A stretch of DNA of 64,000 nt from Octopus vulgaris. Lineage: Eukaryota. Below the pieces are notes generated by a model that ran no database searches, was not told where the DNA came from, and saw nothing but the letters and a program-made list of their open reading frames with translations. The stretch lies in the NCBI GenBank assembly GCA_951406725.2, contig OX597816.1, positions 146,196,001-146,260,000 on the forward strand. The letters are read 5' to 3'. Shown here piece after piece: positions 1-13,080 of the stretch; the first letter of the stretch is position 1; each line of letters begins with the position of its first letter. A program made the translations under genes and the position numbers.

Positions 1-73
1 CAAAGTATATCCTTCTCTAACAAAAATAGTACTGACAATTACTTCGACGTTTTTGCTCGCTAAGCATTCATCT

Positions 74-114
74 GACTATCTGAAGATGGACCAGCCATCC
101 GAAACGTATAAATC
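74..114 (+). ncRNA. Degenerate minimal hammerhead ribozyme, probably at a PLE 3' end
   Basis: gactat-CTGAAGA-T-GGA(ccagcca)TCC-GAAAC-gt-ataaatc. Core and helix II are intact; helices III and I are imperfect. Preceded by aaa gta tat cct tct cta (KVYPSL), which resembles a PLE endonuclease C-terminus. Confidence 0.5.
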
Positions 115-149
115 ACCCGTAATTCTATTAAATCCAATACGAAATGTAA

Positions 150-308
150 AATGCGGCTGTGTGGTAAGAAGCTTGCTTCCCAACCACATTGATCCAGGTT
201 AATCCCCACTGCGTGGCATCTTAGGCAAATGTATTCTACTATAGCTTAAATCAGACCAAATCCTTGTGAGTGGATTTGGTGGATGCAGACTGAAGGAATG
301 TCGTCGTA
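150..308 (+). mobile_element. SINE family B, 5' part (tRNA-like head)
   Basis: gcggctgtgtggtaagaagcttgcttcccaaccac...ccttgtgagtggatttggt matches the copies at 19585, 47160 and 59435; ends in (TA)n. Confidence 0.85.
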
Positions 309-331
309 TATATATATATATATATATATAT

Positions 332-1022
332 GTAAAGTTGAAACTCAGAGGGAGATTCCACGTGGTGGTAAATATAAAATTGGATTTAAGGTGAAAAAGG
401 AGAGAAATCTTGCTTGTGTAGATAAAGATTCAATGTCATGAAATCATGAAGTCATAATGTTTTGATTTATCTTGCGTAGAAGCAAAGATGAAACAGTTTT
501 GCGTTTATACAGAGGAGTATAGCTCAAGGGGATTAACTAAATGGATAATCACTGGATATATTTATTAACTAAGAGGTGGTAAATTTTTCCCCCTTTTCTA
601 ATTTTTATTTGTGAATTCCACTAAATATTCATGTTGTGTTCTGGTTTGTATTTTTCGATAAATGCGGCCAATTTATTTAGCCGTTGATGAGTTGAGATCC
701 TTTCCGAGCAATGGCATAATGGGAATATTGTGAATTGTAGATGGCGTAACTTAGAACATCTTAGCATATGACCACTGAGTGGTATTTCACAGCATTGAGG
801 GTGGTAGATTTGTCGTCTGTGTAGTTTAGGTATACGTCTGCGGGACATTCCTGTTGCGCCTATATAGTTTCTACTGCAGCCGGAACATGTTATGATGCAG
901 ATGAGATTTTCAGAGGCGCAAGTGAAGTTAGTTTACATGCAAAATTTTGTCCTTTTTTTAAAAGGGAATCCTGAGTCTTCCATTATGTTGGAACGTGTTC
1001 TAGAGTTCGGTCGCCCATATTT
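332..1022 (-). mobile_element. 5'-truncated Penelope-like element (Neptune-type GIY-YIG endonuclease plus 3' UTR)
   Basis: Minus-strand translation GRPN..TNFTCASENLICIITCSGCSRNYIGATG..LHRRQI..FTIFP..FIEKYKP (ORF 621-848 is the C-terminus). The 3' end (..tatatt..accacgtg..caacttt) resembles that of the copy at 41414-42090 and abuts (TA)n. Confidence 0.85.
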
Positions 1023-2420
1023 GAAAGCTTTTTACATTTCCGCTCGAAGGTGAGCGAAGGTACGCGGATTACGACCATATACCCGATCTTTTGATACTTC
1101 CGAAAGAAATAAGTCACATGGGGTGAGGTCGGGTGACTAGGTAGGCCATTCGATTGGCCCTCGTCATCCAATCCTCGCGCCAGAAAAATTGTCATCCAAA
1201 CACTCGCGCACTGACATTGTATAATGTGGCGGCATCCCATCCTGCTGCAAGTAAAAGTCTCATGTTTGCTCTATTACTTGTGACTAGAACCAGTTTTGAA
1301 GTATATTACGGTATGACGCTCCGGTGACAGTAGCATCAAAAAAGTATGGTCCAATACGAAATGGCACGCCACACGCTGAGGCCAGGCAAATCCACCGACT
1401 TCTGCAAAGTGTAATGAAGAGTTTCGGAATTCCAGCACACGTAGCCATGTTTGTCAATTTGTCCCTTGAGTTTCAAATCTGTTTCATTAGACGACAAGAT
1501 TCTGTCGACGGACGACGGATCATCTTCGAGCATCGGTTGAACATTTTCGCATGCTTCTCGGCACTGATCAGGATCGTTGTCATTAAGTTCATGTACGAGG
1601 CGTGTGGAGGCGCAATGGCCCAGTGGTTAGGGCAGTGGACTCGCGGTCATAGGATCGCGGTTTCGATTCCCAGACCGGGCGTTGTGAGTGTTTATTGAGC
1701 GAAAACACCTAAAGCTCCACGAGGCTCGGCAGGGGATGGTGGTGATCCCTGCTGTACTCTTTCACCACAACTTTCTCTCACTCTTACTTCCTGTTTCTGT
1801 TGTACCTGTGATTTCAAAGGGCCGGCCTTGTCACTCTCTGTGTCACGCTGAATATCCCCGAGAACTACGTTAAGGGTACACGTGTCTATGGAGTGCTCAG
1901 CCACTTACACGTTAATTTCACGAGCAGGCTGTTCCGTTGATTCGGATCAACCGGAACCCTCGTCGTCGTAACCGACGGAGTGCTTCCACATGTACGAGAC
2001 GTGGAGTGTACGGTGCTTTCATAGTTCAAACAAAGTTATGTCAACAGTTGAGTAACTCACATGAAAATCTGAATGGTCGGCAAATTGGCTTGAAATTGGG
2101 CTTGATGCCGGAGTGTTGTCGTTAATCTCTCTCATATCAGCAGCCTGAAACTTTCATTTGTTGTACAAACTTGGTCGACCAGTGTTGTTCATCCTTTACG
2201 GAACCGGTAGTTTCGAACTTTCTTATTAAACGAACGATTGAACGACTGGGAAGATGTGAGCATGTCTCTCTTCCTGCTACTGCTGCATTATTCATCGCAT
2301 AATAGTTTTTCACAATATTAACACATTCTTGTAAAATAAATCGTATGTCCATTTCACAACACTAAAAGCCGCTGTTGGAACGCAACAAATTGAATTTTGA
2401 ATTCAACGCAACAAAATGAT
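1022..2420 (-). mobile_element. Decayed Tc1/mariner-superfamily transposase (maT/DD37D-like, DUF4817-type N-terminus), interrupted by a SINE
   Basis: N-terminus ..IVKNYY..SIVRLIRKFETTGSVKD; ILSSNET..GQIDKH..WNSE..SVW (FSDE region); LQQDGMPPHY; GRRGPIEWP.SHPDLTPCDLF (WP.RSPDLTPCDFFLWG motif). Contains frameshifts and stops. Confidence 0.8.
1605..1988 (+). mobile_element. Full-length SINE family A (tRNA-derived) with TSD
   Basis: Box A TGGCCCAGTGG and box B GGTTTCGATTCC. 15-bp TSD catgtacgag(g/a)cgtg at 1590-1604 and 1989-2003. Near-identical inverted copy at 5953-6335. Confidence 0.92.
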
Positions 2421-3204
2421 TTTTGAAAAGTAAAACGTCTATTAATGAGCTCGCCACTAAATGCACATAAATTTAAGCGGTGTTCCAAGCATTATATATT
2501 CGCTTTCTCTTCCATGAGAAACGAGAGATTTTGAATGCCTCAGGTGACCTTGGTCTTTTTTGTAGGTTTTTCTCTCCAAGGCTACACCTATACTGTGAAA
2601 AATATCGATTCCCCTTTTTTGGGTACTTTATATATTTCTTTCCTTTCTTTTTGTACACCACACAGCCCAACGATTTAATCCCTAGTGATCGAACTTTTTG
2701 CTTTGTGTGTCCCACCCGTCCCACCTCGAAAAGAAAAACTCTACATTGAATTTCGTCTGCTTTCTGTGTTTAGCGCTGTTTGACCATAATAAAAAGATAT
2801 CTCTCTCCATATATATATATGTATATATATGTATATCCGATATTTTATAGAGACGTGTATCACGTTATTAACATTGAATTTGATTTTCTGGAAAAATGGT
2901 GTGAGAGAAAAAGAAAAGCACAGTGGGGGGAGATAGATTGAGAGAGAGGTTTCTGGAGAATCAAGAAAGAGAAACAAAAATAAAAATAAAGGATGGGGAA
3001 AGGACACATATATAGCAGGAGAGGGAGATAAATAATTTTCTTTTCGATTTGGTGTGGTAATGTATTGAAATTTCATTACAATGTACTTTTCTTTTTTCTT
3101 TCGCCTTTCTTTTTTTCTTTTTTCGGCGTATACTTAGCATCTTTGTAAATAAACACATTTTCACACAAGATGAGCTTTATGAGGAAGAAGAGAGAGAGAG
3201 TTTA

Positions 3205-3575
3205 ATTAGCATTACAAGAAATACATCACTAAAAATTGAAAACGCTTCCTAGATGACTGCTTCATTTTTGGGAACAAATCCAATGAGGTCCAACAAACAT
3301 TTAACAATATACTTAACACACTTCACCCCTCCATTTAATTCACGGCAGAATCCAGTTGCAATGAATTACTATTCCTGGATATTTACATAAAAATACGCAA
3401 ACACACAGTCGCAACAGACATACACCCATCTTTGAATTTCTACTTTTGCCATCCCTCATGCATCAAAAGAAACATTCCATACAGCATAGCAAGACCAATC
3501 TGGACTATAGCAATTGACACCAAAATACGTCAGACACGACTGAACGATCTCAAAGACTTCCTAACAAAGCAGGTA
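3205..3575 (+). mobile_element. Penelope-like RT fragment (Neptune-type), pseudogenic
   Basis: *KRFLDDCFIF..LNTLHPSI*FT..FLDI..CHPSCIKRNIPYSIARPI..RLNDLKDFL, covering RT motif C and thumb. Confidence 0.85.
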
Positions 3576-3704
3576 ATGACAGAATGAACAAGAGTTTATC
3601 AGGAATCAAATTTAAAATAAGCAGAAAACGGAGAAAAGTTTTGATCAACAAACGAACAATTTGACCAAGATCTGTTATTCATTTTTGAATACGAAACGTA
3701 ACGT

Positions 3705-3822
3705 TGCTTACGGCCGTTTCGGTTACCAATGTCAGTCGGTGCTCACAAAGAAAATTCCGAAAATAATTTTCCTTACCTTTCTAGCACATTCGATCTAGTA
3801 CGTGGAGCTTCATCAGAGTGAA
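3705..3822 (-). ncRNA. Two degenerate hammerhead motifs at the outer end of the inverted PLE arm
   Basis: Reverse complement reads cact-CTGATGA-a-GCTC..GAtC-GAAt (3781-3820) and gca-ccga..-GAAAC-GGCC-GTA-agc (3705-3742; palindromic helix III ACGGCCGT). Confidence 0.45.
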
Positions 3823-5952
3823 TACAAATACATAAAATAAAAGAGGGCAAGAGGGAAGGCGGGAGAGGAGAGAGGAAAGTATTGGGCCTCGAGATGAGGC
3901 AAGAAGGCTCAATAAATTAGAATCATACCGTTTCGCAGTGTGAAGTTTCAAATCGATGGGAAAAAGAGTAAACTAACAGATAATCTAGAAAAGTAATGTG
4001 TGGGTCATCTCTTTTTACAGGGATTCCAGGCTGTATAAATAATAGTAAAATAAAACTAGTGCTAAAGTAAAATAGGAATCGGGAATAAGTCTAGACAAAG
4101 GATAGTATTTGTGATTTCGTAAATAGAGGTAATTAATATTTATCCAAAAACGTACCCGTATAGTTTATATAATAGGGTACTTATAAAATAACAAAATTTT
4201 AAAAAAAGATAAAATAAATACTAGCAACCATATGGCAATAACTTTCTGACAGTTAAGGGGAGACTACTCTAAGGGAGGTGGTTACTAGTGGAATTACCAT
4301 CGAAATATAATGTTAAATCTAAGATCTTAAATAGCCAGCATATTTCCAAGTGGTGGTTATACTATTTATCCAAAAACGTACCTGTAAAGTATTTATAATA
4401 GTCTACTTACTGAAATATTCTTGAGATCAACCGCCGTTGTCGTATTGGAATTGACCAAAGTAGAGCCATTTCTACAATTGGTCAGTTACATTTAAAACCA
4501 AGGCCAAGCTAAGACCGTTACAAGGCTAGATGTAAATTAAGAAGTAAATAAACGAGTAAATAAAAGTTGGGGGGGAGAAGACTATGTCATTAGTGACATG
4601 AGGCCGATTATGCCGTTTTACACCATCTCAACAGAAAATAGAATAAAATTTCTTTTTAAATAAGATAAAATAAATACTAGCAACCATATGGCAATAACTT
4701 TCTAACAGTTATGGGGAGACTACTGTAATGGAGGTGGTTACTAGTGGAATTACTATCGAAATACGATACCCAAATCTAACATGTTAAATAGCATATTTCC
4801 AAGTGGTGGTTATACAAGACGAACAATTAAATGTCTACTCATTCCTGAGTGCATTCTGCCTATTAGACATACGAGAGGGCCACATTACGAATCTCTAAAA
4901 GAGTTAAACGATTACAGGTTAAATCACTTACTCATTACTAACATGGTTACAAATTCAGGTTCCGACTAAAGTTTACTTAATGTTACACAATATATATTAC
5001 GTTATAATTAATATTAGATTGTGCATATTACTAAACTTGTCGTTATATAAACCGTTCCATGGGTGCAGCCATATGGGCTCTACTACAAAATTTCCCGTCC
5101 GTTCATGCCCCTTATGACATAGTCTTCTCCCGCACACCTTTTATTTACTGGTTTATTTGCATCTTTACAGGGATGACGCACCTCTTATAATTAGAAACAC
5201 TTTTAACAGACGCCAAGAACTACTTAAGAAACGTCTGTACATATTTTCCAATAGATTCCGCATCTCTATTACTATAGAAAAGGAAAATTACACTATCAAT
5301 TACGTAGACGTTAAATGCAATTCAAATACGGGTTACACAAAACTTACATGAAACGTAAATCTAACTTAAAATATATAAACTATGAAAGTAATCATCCATA
5401 ATCTATAAGAAGAGCTCTTATAAAGGTCGTTAGTAAAGGATCTCCTATCTCTCTTCTAATGAGAGCCTATGTAATAATCATAAATATAAGTACGATAAGG
5501 CACTTAAAAATGCAGGTTATAGAGGTAGAATTAAATGTATCCCATACACAAATGCAACGAATAGATTGACAATTTTAACTGAAACAACACAGAACATAGA
5601 AATATACCTGAACTAAGTAATATAGCACAAAATATATAGCACACGACAAGAACAGGGTCGGAACTCGCAGCACTAAGAACTACAACAATAACAGAAATAC
5701 AACAAATAAAATAGCAAGGGGAATTAGACGATGTGTGAACGATACCAACAATTCCACTAATCCCGAAGACCACAGTAATAATTCAAAACATTATCTGCAA
5801 AATCCGTGTCCTAGTACCACTAATGGCGGTATTTATGCCTAGATAATAATACAAATAATAATAAACATATAGACCAGGCGCATCACTTTAACAGCTATAA
5901 ACATGCGTCGTTAGACAAGAAAACCGGTAAAACAAGAGACATTACCTGGTTT

Positions 5953-6335
5953 GGAAGCACTCCGTCGGTTACGACGACGAGGGTTCCGGGTGATCCGAAT
6001 CAACGGAACAGCCTGCTCGTGAAATTAACGTGTAAGTGGCTGAGCACTCCACAGACACGTGTACCCTCAACGTAGTTCTCGGGGATATTCAGCGTGACAC
6101 AGAGAGTGACAAGGCCGGCCCTTTGAAATACAGGTACAACAGAAAAAGGAAGTAAGAGTGAGAGAAAGTTGTGGTGAAAGAGTACAGCAGGGATCACCAC
6201 CATCCCCTGCCGGAGCCTCGTGGAGCTTTAGGTGTTTTCGCTCAATAAACACTCATAACGCCCGGTCTGGGAATCGAAACCGCGATCCTATGACCGCGAG
6301 TCCGCTGCCCTAACCACAAGGCCATTGCGCCTCCA
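5953..6335 (-). mobile_element. Full-length SINE family A inserted in the PLE ORF
   Basis: Reverse complement of 1605-1988; TSD cattacc(t/c)ggttt at 5940-5952 and 6336-6348. Confidence 0.92.
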
Positions 6336-9300
6336 CATTACCCGGTTTATACTGCCACATGCGATGCAAATAAAGACCGACTTATCTAACCTAATATTTA
6401 ACATTGTAAATAAACGCTTTGATAAGAATAATAGTTTTTCGAAACTTATTAATAGTAGAGTAATAAAGGTAGGTTATAGTCTAACGCATAACTTAGTCAG
6501 CATCATTCCCTCCATAAATAATTTTAAAAAACTAGATATTTTCTATTTAAATAGAAGCAACATTAACAACGAGATCAGTAATAGTAAGAAGAAAAGCAAT
6601 AAACCCCATAACCACCCCAATATTAGTAAAGGTTACACTTGGAACCATAATAACCCTATTAATTTTAATAGAGCTAGCAATATCTCACCAGAAAGTAATT
6701 CCTCTGCCATAACACAATCTATGTGGACTGTATGAATTAAGATAATTGTGTCATTGGAAATACCTGTAAAAGTAAAGATGTACTTTACCAGTGCACTCTC
6801 ACAACACAGTTTAGTAACAGGGTATACATAGGAACATCAAAATGAAATGAATCGAAGACGAGTCGCTAACCAACACTATTTCAGAAATAGAAATAGGATT
6901 AAGGTGACCGGATTAAGTAAATATATTTGGGAACTTAAAGATGAAGATAAAAGATTCGCTCTAGAATTGAAAATCCTCGCCTCCACACCTTCGTACAGTG
7001 TAAAAAATAAGAAATGTCATCTTTGTATCAATGAAATATGTTTCATACTAGTGGCACAACATCCCTTATTTAACTTGAGGGAAGAGGGGAAACCAGCCTG
7101 CTTGCACAAAGGAAGTTTTACCATCGCTAAATATAAATAGCATTGGACACCCTTGCACCATCCCCAAAGATAGCACCCAGAGCCCTTCACCACAGAAATA
7201 GTAGTTCTTAATATTAAATGAAGGCATATATAAACTCCTAAGTTAAAGCTAGTTTAACAGTATTACACATTTGTGTCCCTTATTGGTGTTCCAATAGTAA
7301 TATCCTTATCCCTTCTCCAATATAGCCGAGTTTGACTCCCCCACTCATTAAAACTAATTACACAATATATATATTTATTTAGCCATTTCTCCTTAATATA
7401 ACCTACTCACCCCCTTTAACACATGCAATTTCTTTCAATCATGAACCTAATTTGGAATAGAGAGGGCATCAGTACTTAACCCCCAATGATTAACCCACCA
7501 CTCCAGAAAGCCTGTTCCGGCCATCTCAGATAACACTGTACTGGCAACAATTTTTACTTATCTGAACCTTGTATAAAATGGGTGCGCTTGTTTTCAATAG
7601 CGTCAATCTGGACTTCAATTTCAGACCTCCCTCCACTTATAGTGCACCCAATTAGACCTACCCAATTAGGAACAACAAAAACCAACATAGAACATAACTT
7701 AATTTGAACAACTATATATTAACTGCAAGCCTCTCTAGATCGTATAGGTCTGTATTTGACACTGCACTAAACGTCTTGCCATAAGCATATTGCGCATGAA
7801 TGGACCTGAAACTTTGTGGTAGACCCCATATGGCTGCGTCCACGCAAGAGTTTTATATAACGACAAGTTTAGTAACAGGAACAATCTAATATTAATTATA
7901 ACATAATATATACTATGTAAGATTTAACTTGTAATCGTTTAACTCTTTTAGAGATTCGTAATGTGGCCCTCTCGTATGTCTAATAGGCAGAATGCACTCA
8001 GGAACGTGTAGACATTTACTTGTTCGTCTATTATTACCACCACTTAAGAATATGCTGGCTATTTAAGATGTTAGATTTAACATTATATTTCGATGGTAAT
8101 TCCACTAGTAACCACCTCCCTTACAGTAGTCTCCCCTTAACTGTCAGAAAGTTATTGCCATATGGTTGTTAGTACTTATTTAATCTTATTTTTAAATTTT
8201 GTTATTCTATTTTCTCTTGAGTTTGTGTAGAACGGCATAATCGGCCTCGTTCCACTTATGGCATAGTCTTCTCCCCCCAACTTTTATTTACTCGTTTATT
8301 TACTTCTTTATTTGCATCTAGCCCTGTAACGGTCTTAGCTTACCCTTGGTTTTAACCGACTATTTGTAGAGATGGCTCGACTTTGGTCAATTCCTTTACG
8401 GACAACAAGCGGTTTACCTCTGTAATATATCAATAAGTACCCTATTATATAATCTTTACGGGTACGTTTTTGGATAAATATTAAATAGCTCTATTTACGA
8501 AATCACAAGTACTCTCCTTTTTCTAGACTTATTGGCGATTCCTGTTTTACTTCAGCACTAGTTTTATTTTACTATTATTTATACACCGTGATACCCCTGT
8601 AAAAAGAGATGGCTCACCAATTATTTTTCTAGATTATTTGTTAGTTTGCTCTTTTCCCCATCGACTTGAAACTTCACACTGCAAAATGGTATGATTCTAA
8701 TTTATTGAGCCTTCATTCCTCATCTCAAGCCCCTGCTGTTTCATCTTCACTCTTCCCTATTTTTATAAACTCTTGTTTATTTTGTACCCTATGAGCAAAG
8801 TGTGCCTGCATACTGATGCCTAGGGTTAATATAAGTAAGTGCTACAGGTAGTAAGAACGGATATTCTTATCTGTTAGACGGTTATTCCAACCGCTAACTC
8901 TGCTTACATATGTGTGTGTGTGTGTGTGTATGTGTATTACTATATGTGTATATATATATTACTATGTGTGTACCTATGTGGAAGGGTCGCAAATGTGAAT
9001 ATAAGTATGTGTGTTTGTGGGAGGCTCCAATCAGTTTGTGAATACATTTTATTCTTTTGGGGTGTAAAAAAACTAAAAATCTACCGACAGCTGTAACCCA
9101 ATTGTCTCCGGCTAAGTTCTCTCACACGTTGACACATGCATTTATACACTGCCTGAGACATATGACCAATATTCATAAAGACAATATAAAAGCTTAGAGA
9201 CAAAGGATCTCTCGCTAATAAGAATTGTATACCTTTAATTACTTCGCAAATGGCGAGGCAATGTTCTGACAAACCAAATGAAAGCTTGACTGACGAAACC

Positions 9301-10694
9301 ATTAATCAAGCAGTTGATCTATTTATTGGTTAAGTTGTTAATTAATAGACTAAGACCATAAATTGAAGTTAAAGCGAACCTCTGAATCTGTTTCTTATTG
9401 ATAAAATGGCCCTACAAAGATACAACGTTATATGTGCATAAATATTGACGTATTTATGTTTTATTTTCTATGTATATTTTGGTTTTTATTTTTCTAGAGA
9501 TGTAGTTACTTTCAAATATATTATTCATCTCACATCAACTAAACAGTGTAAAATAGAAGGCGATGAAAATCGAATCTATATTCATGTTTGAAGGAGGATA
9601 AAAAATGTATTGTGTTATAAATCCTTTGATTCAACGAATTATATTTATATCTTAAAATGATCATCTTATGTATATTAGAACACAGATATTTATATTTTAT
9701 TCTTTGATTGATCGAACCGATTTGTTTTTCGTTTATTTTATGTATCTTTGGGAACCATTCCATTTCTTCTCCTTTGACATTTAAGCATAACTCTCGAGAT
9801 TTATAGCATCGTATTTATATTTAGTTCTAAAGATTATAGACTATATTATAATGATATTGGTTCATGATCTTTAATTCTTAGTAAAGAAAAATTGTATAAG
9901 TAGGCTGCAAATTGTTCAAGGCGTTAAAACGTAGAACAAGTTGCCAACTCTCTGCTTCTAAGTTCAAATTTGGCCACTATAACTTTTACTTTTTCATGCA
10001 TTCCAGCATGGTAAAATGCAGCTGCAGTCCGGAAGGATAGATTGGTGGAATCGTTCAAGTAGACAAAGTGTCATGAAATATTTTTCCAGCCTTTTCAGTC
10101 TGAGTTTTTATGTTGGAATTATCTTCCGCATTCGTTTTATACCAAAACACGTTTCATTAATTCCTTTAGATCCATTCATACTCTGTCAGACAGTGTGAAT
10201 GTCTTCCTCCCTATTTAAGTTTATGAGAGCTCTTCTCTCCGTCACGATGTAAAAATACACTTCTGTTTATCTTTTAAACTACTTATTGCATAGGAATTAT
10301 TGCAGCTAAATTTCCTATCGTTATATAAAACATTTGCAAATGAAGCAACACTAGATATACGTTTTTACACGATATCTAGATTCTAGATATTTGGCATATT
10401 TCCTAAGAGTAGTTTATATATTGCAGGAAGCGATTTTTTCAGAGGCAACGTCTTTTAGATATATGCTTTTGATTTTAACAATCCTTTAGAGCAGTGATTT
10501 TTCTGATTTAATTATAGCTTTTCTGGTTTCTGGTAGGATGTGATCACAGATATGGTTTCAAAGCAAGGAATAAATATTCATTCTGTTTATCTCTCATCTT
10601 TAGGTAATTGTTATCATTGCTTAGCAAAGGTTTTTAGGGTATGTGGCACTAATTTGTATATTGGCAGCAAGAGAGTTGGAACAGTCAGAAGATT

Positions 10695-10906
10695 CTTTTC
10701 TATTCTAGGCACAAGGCCAGAAATCTTGGGGCAGGGGGGAAGGCAGTCGATTAGAATGACCCAGTACGTAACTGATACTTAATTTATCGATCCCGAAAGG
10801 ATGAAAAGAAAAGTCGACCTCGGCGGAATTTGAACTCAGAACGTAAAGACAGACGAAATACTGCTAAGCATTTCACCCGCCGTGCTAACGTTTCTGCCTG
10901 CTCTCC
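10695..10906 (-). mobile_element. SINE family C with TSD
   Basis: Contains gttctgagttcaaattccgccgaggtcgactt..catcctttcggg on the minus strand; TSD aac(a/t)gtcagaagatt on both sides. Confidence 0.85.
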
Positions 10907-12184
10907 AACTGTCAGAAGATTAAAAACAAGTAATATCGATACATTGTGCAATATATCTTAGTGAAATTCGAGATATCCGTATGCTAGAGTTTACTGCAAT
11001 CTGTTATTTCTTTGTATGTGAATGGTCTGCTGTTAGGTTTCTGTGTTTCATTTCACATCATATGTGAGGTCATTAAATATATATGCATCACGTCTTGCTT
11101 TGTAGATGATGCTACTAATATTGGTGTAGATCTTGTTTTAACTGTTATAGTTTCTCGCCTATTTCTCCACATCCTTATTCTCTTCTTTTTCCTTTTGTTT
11201 TCTCCAAACTTTGTGCATAAACAAGGGCACAGAGATGATAAAAAGCCATATAGCTGTAAATTTCGGGCTCAAACACATTGAGCATGCAAATGATCAAATG
11301 CCATAGAGCCGAAGTCATTTCGTCTCTATAAATTTTCCGCTGGAATATGGTGTCTCACACTCAATATAAATTGTATAATATTACATTATCCATTATATTC
11401 CTTATTCTTTTGAAAGAGTAGGACTTGTATGTACTACTTCTATTACACGGAACCTGTTGTTTTTTTTCTACGTCGATATTTTCTTATCCGACTTGTGTGT
11501 TCAACTTTATAATGAGGCACAAGATATTTTGGCAAATATTTCCCTATTGATTCTTGCAGATCGATATACATAGATCGGACTGTGAAATATAATACTGCCA
11601 GGATTTGCAAAACGCTTTACATGAAGTCTTTACAGGATAGTTCCATCGGCTACAATTAATAAGGAAATTTCACTAAGACACATCCTACCATCTTGGTAAA
11701 ACCGACACGTTGAAAAATATAGCCTCTTTAGTTGCCCCAAAAAACTACGGGTTAATTATGTATGATCTTCAAAGAAACAAAAGAGTGACAAAAGGAACAT
11801 GAATAGCAAAAACATTTATAGGAAAATCTTCCTATAAATCGAGAGGTAGAATTGCTAAATATTTTACTAATCTCTTTCAAACATGGATGGCGCATGAAGC
11901 GCAATGATGTAATATCGGAGATCACATCAGTAAATGGTGTCGTTATCGAATTAGTATGGGTTGTGCATTTTTCAAGTAAATATGCCTTTGAAAAAGTGTA
12001 ATGATTCCTGCAAAATAGTAAAGTACTACAATGCAACAATGATTTCAACTATCTGTGAGTTTGTCCCTAGTTGTTATTAACACCCCATTTTGATGTAAAG
12101 TATATAGCTACAGAATATGCTGAGTGACAATCTGTAAAACTGATTCAATAGATAGCTATCAAAAGACTATCTAATGATTTGACA

Positions 12185-12228
<44 letters not shown>

Positions 12229-12399
12229 AATCATAATGTTTCATGTATGCATTATTCATTTAACTTTAGAATATTCTCCTCTATTTCAAATTAATTACGA
12301 TGCATTTATAGATGTCTGTAATAAGCTATGAGTCGTATTGTGGAAGGCAAATGCTCCTTATTGTGAGATTTGAAATGAGGTATAAGCGAGTTTCTCTAG

Positions 12400-13080
12400 A
12401 TAAAGACGAGACAGTATATGAATGTATGAATTATTCAGTAGATTATAGTATTTCAGGAAAAACCTTTTATATTAATCCAGTACGAATAATTCAAGTATAT
12501 CAAATTAAGTTATTGCGTGATTAAGGCGCATTTGTTTCAATGAATATTCTTAAACGTTATGAAATGTAACGCAATATATTAGATAAAATTATTTGTAACT
12601 TACAATATACACATCCTTGCATAGAGACAAACATTTTCAGAGATAGTTTTGTACTTTGACATGTGACAAAAATTGTTTTATTGTAACACAAAAGTGGTAT
12701 AGTCTCTGCAACTGCACATAGAGATTTTAACTCTGAATCAGACAGGATTTCAGCCATAGATTAATATGGGTACTGCATTCATGGTGATGCAGTTTATGCA
12801 ATGAGAATGAAGTGATCTCTTCAGGAACCCAACCGGTACTAGTTATGTGACGATCTTCGGTTGCACACATACTGGTTAGGTCTGCAGTTAATTCTTGAAA
12901 AGTGCCACATCAAGCTGTAAGTTGTTTAAGGGTCTTCTACGGATTTATTACAAAATTAAGCCATCAGATTTTCTTTGACAACTCGATATCTGTGGTCCTT
13001 AAACATGGACTACAAATTATACCAAATACTTTTAACCCGGCTCCTGTGTAATATTATGCACGCCCGCTGTTCCTTGTGTT
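12400..13080 (+). pseudogene. Possible highly decayed PIF/Harbinger (HARBI1-like DDE) transposase
   Basis: One frame gives ..HKSGI..YGYCIHGDAVYAM..LQEP..LILEK..LLCNIMHARC, resembling the CIYGDxAYP..L..PF / VEW / LL.N..TC motifs. Many stops. Confidence 0.35.

Larger units (their letters stand above)
3660..8900 (+). mobile_element. Penelope-like element (Nematis-type) with a long inverted copy of its 3' region on the left
   Basis: From about 5160: LYRDD, NYESNHP, ITWF, VIKVGYS, DC.N.DNCVIGNTC..DVLYQC..VYIGT, TGLSKYIWELKD, CHLCINE..LFNLREE..CLHK (to 7140). About 3830-5108 is the reverse complement of about 7790-8740. SINE A is inserted at 5953. Clade name is from recalled motifs. Confidence 0.85.

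Noticed and set aside
1605-1680. tRNA-like sequences at SINE heads
   Set aside because: They continue into SINE bodies with TSDs and are not tRNA genes. No CRISPR arrays or rRNA were seen in the window.
2655-2712. cacacag-cccaacga..gatc-gaac..tttgtgtg, HHR-like layout
   Set aside because: Too many core mismatches to call.
6720-6780. Possible selenocysteine (in-frame TGA) use in the PLE Cys-rich linker, as reported for Naiad PLEs
   Set aside because: In the correct frame the cysteines are TGT; the TGA is in the shifted frame, and the endonuclease is C-terminal.
11012-11281. ORF ending HKQGHRDDKKPYSCKF, resembling a C2H2 zinc-finger linker
   Set aside because: Single weak match with no second Cys/His pair, no array and no splice support.
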